Assembly (NCBI GenBank): GCA_951406725.2 | Contig: OX597827.1 | Span: forward strand, 9,362,001-9,426,000 | DNA from: Octopus vulgaris | Taxonomy: Eukaryota | Direction: 5' to 3' | DNA length: 64,000 bases | In this document: positions 52,946 through 64,000 of the stretch, one piece after another | Layout: the number at the start of each line of letters is the position of its first letter | How positions within the stretch are numbered: position 1 is the first letter of the stretch | Notes under the pieces: generated by a model | Databases searched by the model: none | What the model was told of the DNA's origin: nothing | What the model saw: only the letters and a program-made list of their open reading frames with translations | Made by a program: the position numbers and the translations under genes

Positions 52946-53195
52946 AGCCTTGGCCAAAAGTATTAGGCCAGCCCCAATTTTTGGAGGTTCTGCTATCACA
53001 ATGTTAAGGAAACTCGTTCACATGGTAGATTATTGTATATTTCACAATGTGCATTAGTTTTAATACCTGGTTGACCCTCCTTTAGCATCAGTTACCACTT
53101 TTATACTCTACATATGCAACTAATTATGAGTAAGACCAACATTCAAAATTGACTTATGTTTCCTTGATTATTTCAGAGTTTTATGCTAAAATACA

Positions 53196-53692
53196 TCTTT
53201 ATATATAAAAGAGAGGTTGTGTGTCTGTCTCCTACGATTTAGATTCCTAACTACTCCCACATTTTGCGGTGCAGTTTAACCAAAACCGGGTATCTTATAG
53301 TCGTAATTCATATCGAGCCCTTCTGGGTATTAGCACGCGTCTACGATGAGTCTACGATTAAAAAAAAATTTACCATCCTTTTTTTCCATTTTAATGCATT
53401 TTTTCGCTATTAATATAAGGGAAGTAACTCTCTAAAAATGTCTACGATGAGTCTACGATTTAAAAAAAATTTACCCATCATTTTTTTCCATTTTAATGCA
53501 TTTTTTCGCTATTATATAAGGGAAGTAACTCTCTAAAAATGTCTACGATGAGTCAACGATTTAAAAAAAAATTACCATCATTTTTTTCCATTTTGAATGC
53601 ATTTTTTTGCTACTTTTTGGCTATAACCCTCTAAAAATGCTTATATAGTTATTTCTCTTACAAACCCAAGCAACGCCGGGCGATACTGCTAG
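53196..53692 (+). mobile_element. Non-autonomous Helitron, copy 3 (inside Tc1)
   Basis: A|TC start, hairpin, CTAG|T end; three internal units of about 100 bp. Confidence 0.9.
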
Positions 53693-53941
53693 TTGTAGAT
53701 ACAGTAAATAAACAGTAATACGCCTAAAACAAGGGAGCTGAGTGAGTGTGAGCGAGGTCAAATCGTAGCTCATCATGAAGATGGAATGTCTCAAAGGCAA
53801 ATTGCTCAGAAGATGAAATGTTCTTGATGTGCGACGCAAACGAATCTCAAGCACTTCATAGAGACAAAAGATGTGAGGACAATGCAAAGAACAGGCAGAA
53901 AAAAGTTACTACACCTCGTGATGATAGATCCATCATCCATC

Positions 53942-54326
53942 TAGAAGCACTCCGTCGGTTACGACGACGAGGGTTCCGGTTGATCCAAATCAACAGAACA
54001 GCCTGCTCATGAAATTAACATGCAAGTGGCTGAGCACTCCACAGACACGTGTACCCTTAACGTAGTTCTCGGGGATATTCAGCGTGACACAGAGAGTGAC
54101 AAGGCCAGCCCTTTGAAATACAGGTACAACAGAAACAGGAAGTAAGAGTGAGAGAAAGTTGTGGTGAAAGAGTACAGCAGGGATCACCACCATCCCTGCC
54201 GGAGCCTCGTGGAGCTTTAGGTGTTTTCGCTCAATAAACACTCACAATGCCCGGTCTGGGAATCGAAACCATGATCCTACGACCGTGAGTCCGCTGCCCT
54301 AACCACTGGGCCATTGCGCCTCCTAA
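53942..54326 (-). mobile_element. SINE family C inside the Tc1 transposase
   Basis: TSD CCATCATCCATC at 53930 and 54327; removal restores PRDDRSIIHQSLRNRRKTS. Confidence 0.9.
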
Positions 54327-54594
54327 CCATCATCCATCAGTCACTCAGAAACAGAAGAAAAACATCGTTGGAGCTCTGTGCAGACTTCACAAATAGGCAA
54401 GTTCTTCACAAATATCAACCAGAACTGTTAGAAGAAGACTTGTAGAGTACGATCTGAAAGGCCGTAACACCAGGAAGAAGCCATGGGTTTCTGAAGCGAA
54501 TATGGAAAAACGTCTTCAATAGGCCAAAAACCACTGAAATTGAACCAGTGAGCAATTGTCAAAAGTCATATGGTCTGACGAAAGTAACTATGAA

Positions 54595-54711
54595 GTAAGA
54601 TAGTACATGTATTCAATCAAAATATGAACTTAATGTAACTGGTTTGTTGCCCAAAATATATAAAAAAGTATCCAACATAAAGCTAGTATTATTTTTCATG
54701 TTTTTACTCAG
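54595..54711 (+). other. Putative 117-bp spliceosomal intron in the Tc1 transposase
   Basis: GAA|GTAAGA...tttttcatgtttttactCAG|GTT. Removal joins WSDESNYE in frame to VFCTSGGTFVHRKEGE. Confidence 0.8.
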
Positions 54712-56859
54712 GTTTTTTGTACATCTGGTGGAACTTTTGTGCATCGCAAAGAAGGGGAAGCATTTGATGCTGAATGTCTGGTACCAACCATAAAACATGG
54801 GAGTGGTTCAATCATGATGTGGGCCTGCATGTCTGCCACGGGACCCGGAGAAATGTTTTTATGTCAGGGAAGGATAAATTCAGCTACCTATGTTTCTATG
54901 TTATCAGGTGTTTTAGAGCCATCAATTGCTAAATTGTATCCAGGAGTGTTGAAAAAACAGTGTTATCTTTTTAACAGAACACCGCTCCATGTCATACAGC
55001 AAAGAATACTCATCGATGGTTTGAGACACAGGGTATTGTTCCCATGGACTGGACAGCTCAAAGTTCTGATCTAAATCCAATAAAACACTTATAAGGAACT
55101 CTTGGTGAAGCTTTCAGGAACACAACAATCAAAAATAAAGAGAACATTTGTACCAAACGTTGATAGAAAAATGGAGTAAAATTGCACCTACCTGCAAGAA
55201 ACCAGTTGATTCAATGCCTAACCGTATAAAAGTGGTAACTGATGTTAAAGGAAGGTCAACCAGATATCAAAACTAATGTATATTGTGAAATATATCATAA
55301 TCTACCATGTGTACGAGTTTCATTAACATTGAGATAGCAGAGCTCCCAAACATTGGGGTAGCCTAAAACATTGGGGTAGCCTAATACTTATGACCAAGGC
55401 TGTACTTCACAAATCAGCTAGTGTAGGAATGGAAAACAAGGAAAATCTTTTGGTGAACACTTGACCTACTAGAAAATGCATCAAAATCTTCCCCTGATAA
55501 CAACCAATTGTCTTAAATAATGATATTAAATATTAAATGAAGAAGTCTGTTGTATATGTGTGTGTGTGTGTATATGTAGGGAAAGTTTATGAAAAAAAAC
55601 AAAAGACGAAAGCAGGTGGTGTACAAAACAAACAGATGTATTAGTATAACGCTCAGGAATAGAAAAAGTCTTTTATGTTTCGAGCCTATGCTCTTCTACG
55701 GAGAGGAACACGGAGAGAAACAAGGAGAGAAAAACAATGTGTGTAGTGGCTAACGATATGTATATCTAAGTGTTTGTGTCTCTTTCTGTCTGTGTTTGTC
55801 CCCACCACCCACCACTTGACTAATAGACTAGGATTAAAAAAATAATTATTGGGATGGATTCATTAGACTAAAAATTGACATTAGTTCCATACAATGGCTG
55901 CTGTCTAATGACTGAAACAAATAAAAGATAAAATGAAAGATTCTGTAGTTCTATGGAAGTCTTAAAAAGATGACATGGTCTTACATCATATTTTTGCTCG
56001 GAACTAAACAACAACAATAACAACAACAGGTAGGTTGTGGAAGGGTAGAATTTTTATGATGGCAGATGAAATGCCAAAGATATTGGGTTATAGGCCTTTA
56101 AACTGTCTAGTTACTTCAAATCTCACTAGGGTCAAATTTGTTTTTTTATCCTTTTGGGGTTCAATAAAATAAAATAATTACTAAAGCAATGTAAGGTGAA
56201 ATAAAACTTTATAATGAAAAAATATGATTTATTGTCTATATATATATATATTCACATTATTTTGTACAGTAAAATGTGTTTATTATTGACTGCAAATAGT
56301 CAAAAGAAAAAAAAAATTTATATTTTATGGCAACAACACAATATTTAGAAAAAAAAAATCAAACAAACAGAACAAGACAAATAAGCAATGATTTTAAAAT
56401 AAAATCAATATTTGTAAAAACACTGACAGGAAATGTTGGTGAATTGTGACCATCACAATGAACTGGAAATTGGTAATTAAAAAAGGATGGCAAAAAAAAA
56501 AACAAAAAAAATCGAAGGCCAAAAATCTTAATAATTTCCTTTGGTTGAAATGGATTACCAACACTAATAAACCTTATTTCCTTACCTGTTTAAGCAACCA
56601 ATTAATTATTTTTTATTCTTAAAGATCAGAGTAATTGCTTACAGTAAATTTTTACAATGAATATTTTTAAAATACAAAGGGGACGCACATTTGTCACATG
56701 ACCCATAGACATTGATAGAATTCAGAAGCAACAGCAAGATTTCTTGCATTGGTCCTTACCTGATTGCATTCCAGGGAAGGAATAAAATTAAGTGTATCAC
56801 ACACACCCATACACATACTTGCACACACATGCACACATGCATACACTAACGTGTATACA

Positions 56860-56913
56860 CAGTCATACATGCATAACTGCATACATACATACATACATAC
56901 ATACATGCATGCA

Positions 56914-56946
<33 letters not shown>

Positions 56947-57510
56947 GCATGCATACATACATACATGCATACATACATACATACATGCATGCATAAATGC
57001 ATACATACATACATACATACATACATAACATACATACATACATACATACATACATACAATACATGCATACATACATACATGCATACATACATATATACAT
57101 ACATACATACATACATACATGCATGCATACATACATACATACATACATATATACATACATACATACATACATACATACATACATACATACATACATACAT
57201 ACATACATACATAATGCATACATACATACATACATACATACATAATGCATGCATACACACATACATACATACATACATACATACATACATACATACATAC
57301 ATGCATACATGCATGCATACATGCATACATACAGACATACATAAATACATTCATACATGCATGCATACATACATACATAAATACATACATACATACATAC
57401 ATACATACATACATACATACATACACACATACATACATACATACATACATACATACATACATACATACATACATACATACATACATACATACATACATAC
57501 ATACATACAT
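56860..57510. repeat. (ACAT)n microsatellite
   Basis: Directly visible; similar tracts at 3975-4270, 5140-5290, 12333-12485 and 59883-60215. Confidence 0.95.
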
Positions 57511-57719
57511 TAGTGGTGCATTAGCATTGATTTTATGTACAACATCTTTGTAGACCGAAAAATAACAAACAGCCAAATCTGTTTCAAACTGGTGCTGGAA
57601 TTTCAACAACAATCAAACCCCTATCACCATGATAAAGCTGATATAAAATGATGATGAACAACCCACACACATACACACACACTCATATGTATATGTTTAT
57701 GTGTGCATATATATATGTA

Positions 57720-57755
<36 letters not shown>

Positions 57756-57769
57756 CACATATATATATA

Positions 57770-57807
<38 letters not shown>

Positions 57808-57837
57808 GTGTCAACATTTACAGTTCTGTAAATAATA

Positions 57838-57872
<35 letters not shown>

Positions 57873-58351
57873 TATATATCTATATATACATATATATGTA
57901 TATAAACATATATGCAGATATACATGTATATAAATATATATGTATATATATGTATGTATATACATGTAAACATATAGTCTGTGTGTGTGTGTGTAGTGAA
58001 AACTCTTTGATCATGCTTTTTCCTGCATTTGCTCTGTATATCACAACTGGCAATACTGCTAAGTACAGTAGTAACCACACTGCTATACTGGAAGTAGACT
58101 GGATGGGGATACTCTATGTAAAGCTCTAAATTTACTGGTGCCATTCATATTTCTGTCTATAAGAATATATATTTGCACACACACACACGCACACACGCAC
58201 ACACACACACACAAGCACACATACACATACACACAGACACATTTATACATACATCTATCTATCTATCTCTCTATCTACCTATATATATATACACGCACAC
58301 ACACATACATATACATACATACATACATACATACATACATACATACATACA

Positions 58352-58387
<36 letters not shown>

Positions 58388-58634
58388 TATACATATATAC
58401 ATGAGTTGTCTAAGAGTAATATATCTGTCAGTAGAGTGGGTATATTATCTAAAGTGTATAGAATTAAATATCCATCATAGCTGGTCTTAGCAATCAGTTT
58501 TGCATAAAGAATGGAGCGTTAGGTACCAAACCGGTTATACAACTTTACGCTCATCAGAGTTAGCCGATATGGAAAGGAATATGGTGACTGCTCTCTCTCA
58601 CTCTCTCTCGACACACACATATATATATATACAT

Positions 58635-58726
<92 letters not shown>

Positions 58727-58739
58727 CATAGTTTTCGTG

Positions 58740-59875
58740 TGTAGCAAATGCTCAGGGACAATAAACACTGAAAATGTGCAGAAAACAACTTCCGTCACAT
58801 ACCAGGGAACAAACTAGAAGTAGTTGATAGCTTCTGTTACTTAGGTGGCCAAGTCAGTGGTGGGGTTGGATGCTCTGAAAGTGTAGCTGCTAGAATAAGA
58901 ATAGCCTGGGCAAAGTTTTGAGAGCTCCTACCTCTGCCAGTGACAAAGGGCATCTCACTCAGTGTAAAAAGCAGACTGTATGATGCATGTGTGCAAACAG
59001 CCATGGTACATGGCAGTGAAACATGGGCCATGACTGCTGATGACATACATAAGCTGGCAAGGAATGAAGCTAGTATGCTCCACTGGATGTTTAATGTCAG
59101 TGTGCATACACGACAGAGTGTAAGTGCCCCGTGGGAAAAGTTGGACATAAGAAGCATCAGATGTGGTATGCAAGAGAGTCAACTCCATTGGAATGGTTAT
59201 GTGGTGCGTATGGATGAGGACAGCTGTGTGAAAAAGTGTCACACCCTAGCAGTAAAGGGGAACCTGTGGAAGATTTAGATCTAGGTACACCTGGAATGAA
59301 GTGGTGAAGCACGACCTTTGAAAGTTGGGCCGCATGGAAGCAATGACAAGCAACTGAGACCTTTGGAGATATGCCGTACTTGAGAAGATCTGGCAAGCCA
59401 AGTGGGACTGTAACCATGGCCTGTACCAGTGCAGCATAACCGGCCCATTTATGAGTACCCTTTAATTATTGGGTAATAAACTGTGCTTGCAAAGACCAGT
59501 TGAGTCCTGTGAAGTCATTGTCATAGCCGATGACAGTATCACCTGATTGGCACCTGTGCCAGTGGAATGTAAGAAGCACCATTCAATCATGGTTGGTGCC
59601 AGTGCCACCTGACTGGCTCCTGTGCTGGTGGCATGTAAAAAGCACCATTCAAGTGTGGTCGATGCCTGTTTCACCTGACTGTTCCTGTGCTGGTGGAACG
59701 TAAAAAACACCCACTACACTCTCAGTCTTGTTGATTTTAGGATGGACATCCAGCTGTGGAACTCTGCCAGATCAGATTAGAACCTGGTACAACGTTCTGG
59801 CTTGCAAGCCCTCAGTGAAACCGTCCAACCTATGCCAGCATGGACAGCGGACATTAAACGACAATGATGATAACA
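58740..59875 (+). mobile_element. 5'-truncated RTE-clade LINE (RT C-terminus plus 3'UTR)
   Basis: Translates as KLEVVDSFCYLG...AARIRIAWAKF*ELLP...RLYDACVQTAMVHGSETW. The 3'UTR has GTAAAAAGCACC repeats and ends ACATTAAACGACAATGATG before (TATG)n. Confidence 0.85.
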
Positions 59876-59985
59876 TATAAACATGTATGTATGTATGTAT
59901 GTATGTATGTATGTATGTATGTATGTATGTATGTATGTATGTATGTATGTATGTATGCATGTATGTATGTATGTATGTATGTATG

Positions 59986-60019
<34 letters not shown>

Positions 60020-60678
60020 TGTATGTATGTATGTATGTATGTATGTATGTATGTATGTATGTATGTATGTATGTATGTATGTATGTATGTATGTATGCAT
60101 GTATGTATGCATGCATGTATATATGTATGTATGTATGTATGTATGTACGTACGTACGTAAGTATGCATGTATGTATGTATGTATGTATGTATGTATGTAT
60201 GTATGTATGTATGTATAATGATTTTGCTGAAGCATAGCAATACTAATAACCAGTTGTTAAAAGTCAATATACATTTGCTTTAGAGTAATGCATCAGGTGG
60301 TTACATAGCATAATATTAATTAATGAATGACAAAGGAACAGGAGTCACAAAATCGACTTCATTATTTTACAGCTGGTTTTGCTATAAGAAGTGCACTTAG
60401 AGTTGAGTGCTTGTGCAACAATCCTATAGCTTCTTCAGAGCCATTAAAATGAAGCATACGTTTATTTCAGAAAGCATTTAAATATCTATATATGTATACA
60501 TACATACACACACACACACGCATTGTAATACAGGTATACAATCCAAAAGATCTTGGTACAGGAAATTAGTACAGATTTACCTTCTCCATTCTCTACACCT
60601 ATCAATACATGTATGCGTATATTATAAAATATATATATATATATAAACACATATGTACATATATATATACTTACAAAC

Positions 60679-60861
<183 letters not shown>

Positions 60862-61152
60862 TATGATATATACATATATACATATAAGCAGAAAGTTGAT
60901 TTACTGTACATATAAATATTGTCACATTATTCCAATTTGTTGACCACCAAAGAAATTCTATAGAGTTTGAAATATTTCAGGGTTTGGTAATCTGGATTAT
61001 TTCACAACTTTCACAACAAACATTGAACTGGTTTATATCTCTTCTACAGTTCTTGTGTACTCGTTATGTGTCTTTGCATTTTTACCATTTTCCCCCTTCT
61101 TGAAAAATAGTATTTATAAAAAGAGTTATGTCAGCAAAATATCAAAGTATCA

Positions 61153-61433
61153 TTATGTGTTTGATATCTTTGGTATTGCTGGGAGTGGTTTTGTGTAAGT
61201 TGTAAAACTATTCTGTGATGGCATGTTCCATGGTTCCGTAGGAATATTAGGATAACTACTATGTACTGGTGTTGACTTTAGATCAATAACATCTTTGCAA
61301 GGAGTGTTCTGATTAATATTGGCCTGGTAAGACGGCCTAGTCAAGGTGTTTATGTCCTGTGATCTGTTGTTTGTCTGTGGTAAAGACTTCCTACCTGTGT
61401 TCTTGAACTTTTCAGGTTGGCAATATGTGTGAC
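61153..61433 (-). CDS. Terminal coding exon of an upstream gene, probably a protocadherin cytoplasmic tail
   Basis: Strong acceptor tctcttttcttttacttTAG|GT (AG at 61435-61434), phase 1. Open frame of about 93 codons: HTYCQPEKFKNTGRKSLPQ...PWNMPSQNSFTTYTKPLPAIPKISNT*. Ser/Thr/Pro/Asn-rich and on the same strand as the protocadherin. Protocadherin identity is inferred from context and the Pro-rich C-terminus. Confidence 0.7.
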
Positions 61434-62083
61434 CTAAAGTAAAAGAAAAGAGAATATAACATCATTTTTCATTTAAATTAAAAAATTTTTGCAATCAGAT
61501 AAGTAAAGTAAGGATCATAACAAGGTGATCCGTATTTTGTTTCTAGGGTGATGGATCATAGTTTACCAAAGATTGTGCTGTAATGGCAAACTTTCAACTG
61601 ATTATCATGAAGGTGGGACTCTGAGAAAAAGGTGCAAGAATTCTTGGAAGAAATCCCTTGATTTCTGTCACCATCACAATGACCATAATTAATGGGCTAT
61701 GACAGCCTTCAATTACCTCCAACTTCTGGCAACAAACGATCCACCAGTCTGTCTCCTTCCTTGAGAACATGCAGTGCTGACCTTGGGCACGAAAGGAAAT
61801 TGAAGAAGAAACATGATACAGTAGCACAAAAAAAAGCCAGAACAGCATTTTGCTTGCAGCTAGTGTGGTTATGCCTGCTCTTCTCATATTGATCTTTTTA
61901 GTTTCCAGTGAGCCTCTAATTGAGATGGACAGGTTGTCATCATGAATTTTTGTTTGTGCAACCAATTTATGATGGGGTTGTTTTAGGATTTGCACCATCA
62001 CTAACTGCATATATCCAGTGCACATGTCTGCAAAATTTTAATCTTCTGCTTTTTTGTCGAAATGAAGCTGAGTTTAATTAAGT

Positions 62084-62125
<42 letters not shown>

Positions 62126-62186
62126 CAATTGTTTGTTTGTACTCCACCTGCCTTCGTCTTTTGTTTATTTTCATAAAGCTTCCCGT

Positions 62187-62218
<32 letters not shown>

Positions 62219-62418
62219 TAATCCAAACAAGAAAGCACAAAAAAACACAACGCGAGGACATGGAACAAATATAGTATTATTGGACGCTCAGGAAAGAAGG
62301 AAAGAAGGAGAGTTTAACGTTTCGAGTGGAGCTCTTCGTCGGAAACATAGGAGAAGGAAAGATCCAGAGAAGGGAAGACAGAGGAAAAATATATATATAT
62401 ATCTCTCTCTCTCTCTCT

Positions 62419-62559
<141 letters not shown>

Positions 62560-62994
62560 AACAGTGGTTCTCAACCAATATGTCACAGCACACCACAATT
62601 ATTTAAAAATATGATTTAAAACTGCAGAGCAGCTGTTCTCAATCATTTTTGCACCATGGACAGGGAAATCCCATACATAACACAACACAATAACATGCAT
62701 AATACATAATTTAGTTACTACATACTATCAAATATAATTATTACATTGTGTATTATACACTTTATTTCTACTATTATTATGTTGTAATATAGATAAAACA
62801 ATTCAAAATTTCAAAATTTAATCTCCGCAAAATTTGTTTACTTACAGAAAGACATGTGTATCAACCAAATCTACTCATAATGCTTTGATTGACCTGGAGA
62901 AGACACTTGCCCAATGTGGCATTCAATAGGATTGAATGATAAACCATATGATTGGGGAGTAAAGTTCTTAACCACACAGCCATATCTATAAATA

Positions 62995-63795
62995 TTCTAC
63001 TCCAGGTACAAAGCCCGAAATTTCTGGGGAGAGGGCCAATCGATTAGATCGATACAAGTATGCTACTGGTACTTAACTTATCGACCCTGAAAGAATGAAA
63101 GGCAAAGTCGACCTCAGCAGATTTTGAACTCAGAACATATAAACAGACAAAATACCACTAAGCATTTTGCCAGCGTGCTAACGTTTCTGCCAGCTTACCC
63201 CCTTTAAATAAAATATTCTTTTCTACTCTAGGCACAAGGCCTGAAATTTTGGGGGAGGGCGCCAGTCAATTAGATCGACCCCAGTACTCAACTGGTACTT
63301 AATTTATCGACCCCGAAAGGATGAAAGGCAAAGTCAACCTCAGTGGAATTTGAACTCAGAACATATAGACAGATGAAATACCTATTTCTTTACTACCCAC
63401 AAGGGGCTAAACACAGAGCGGACAAACAAGGACAGACAAAGGTATTAAGTCGATTACATCGACCCCAGTGCGTAACTGGTACTTAATTTATCGACCCCGA
63501 AAGGATGAAAGGCAAAGTCAACCTCGGTGGAATTTGAACTCAGAACATATAGACAGATGAAATACCTATTTCTTTACTACCCACAAGGGGCTAAACACAG
63601 AGCGGACAAACAAGGACAGACAAAGGTATTAAGTCGATTACATCGACCCCAGTGCGTAACTGGTACTTAATTTATCGACCCCGAAAGGATGAAAGGCAAA
63701 GTCAACCTCAGTGGAATTTGAATTCAGAACATATAGACAAATGAAATACCACTAAACATTTCACCTGGCATGCTAACATTTCTGCCAGCTTGCAG
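62995..63795 (-). mobile_element. SINE family B multimer with 184-bp tandem period
   Basis: GACCCCAGT recurs at 63277, 63461 and 63645; an older copy lies at about 62995-63200. Confidence 0.85.
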
Positions 63796-64000
63796 CCTTC
63801 ATTTTTTTTTTTTTTTTTGCTGTAGTTTCAGCTCATAGCTGCGGCCATGCTGATGCACCACCCTTATAAATATTACAGTAACAAAAGTGACTTAAATTTA
63901 GGAAAAATAAATCTTTCCAATATTTTGGTCTTAATATACTCCAACTTTGATCTGAAAAGATGAAAAGTGTAGTAAACTGCAAACATCAACAAAACTACAG

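Larger units (their letters stand above)
52538..55402 (+). mobile_element. Full-length decayed Tc1-family DNA transposon with nested insertions
   Basis: TA at 52536-37 and 55403-04. Long imperfect TIRs: C|AGCCTTGGCCAAAAGTATTAGG ... CCTAATACTTATGACCAAGGCTG. Transposase remnants: GRKKVTTPRDDRSII, WSDESNYE, PTIKHGSGSIMMWACM, APCHTAK, SDLNPI. Stops and frameshifts present. Confidence 0.9.

Noticed and set aside
61594-62025. 143-aa minus-strand ORF near the terminal exon
   Set aside because: No convincing splice sites or homology; probably intronic TE debris.
63270-63735. Regularly spaced repeats resembling a CRISPR array
   Set aside because: Whole units are repeated with no unique spacers; eukaryotic SINE sequence; no cas genes.

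Overview
AT-rich, microsatellite-saturated eukaryotic DNA. The protocadherin type and SINE/LINE content suggest a coleoid cephalopod, probably octopus (inference). The window appears to cover part of a minus-strand tandem protocadherin array. It holds one intact 2.4-kb exon (11645-9240) encoding a signal peptide, six cadherin repeats, a TM helix and the start of the tail, ending at a phase-0 GT donor. There is a candidate 5'UTR acceptor at 11716, and a candidate non-coding first exon with a CCAAT promoter at about 18333-18600. About 50 kb upstream (61433-61153) lies a separate terminal coding exon, probably the private cytoplasmic-tail exon of the preceding gene. The rest is mobile DNA: three tRNA-derived SINE families, RTE, CR1 and Dong/R4 LINE remnants, three non-autonomous Helitrons, mariner/maT remnants, TTAA-flanked MITEs, and a full-length decayed Tc1 with an intron-containing transposase and three nested insertions. 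Nearly all short ORFs in the track are microsatellite or SINE artefacts. No clearly novel system is demonstrable. The best leads are the protocadherin gene architecture, the degenerate EC3 calcium motifs, the intron-bearing nested Tc1, apparent self-targeting SINE insertion, and hammerhead-like motifs.
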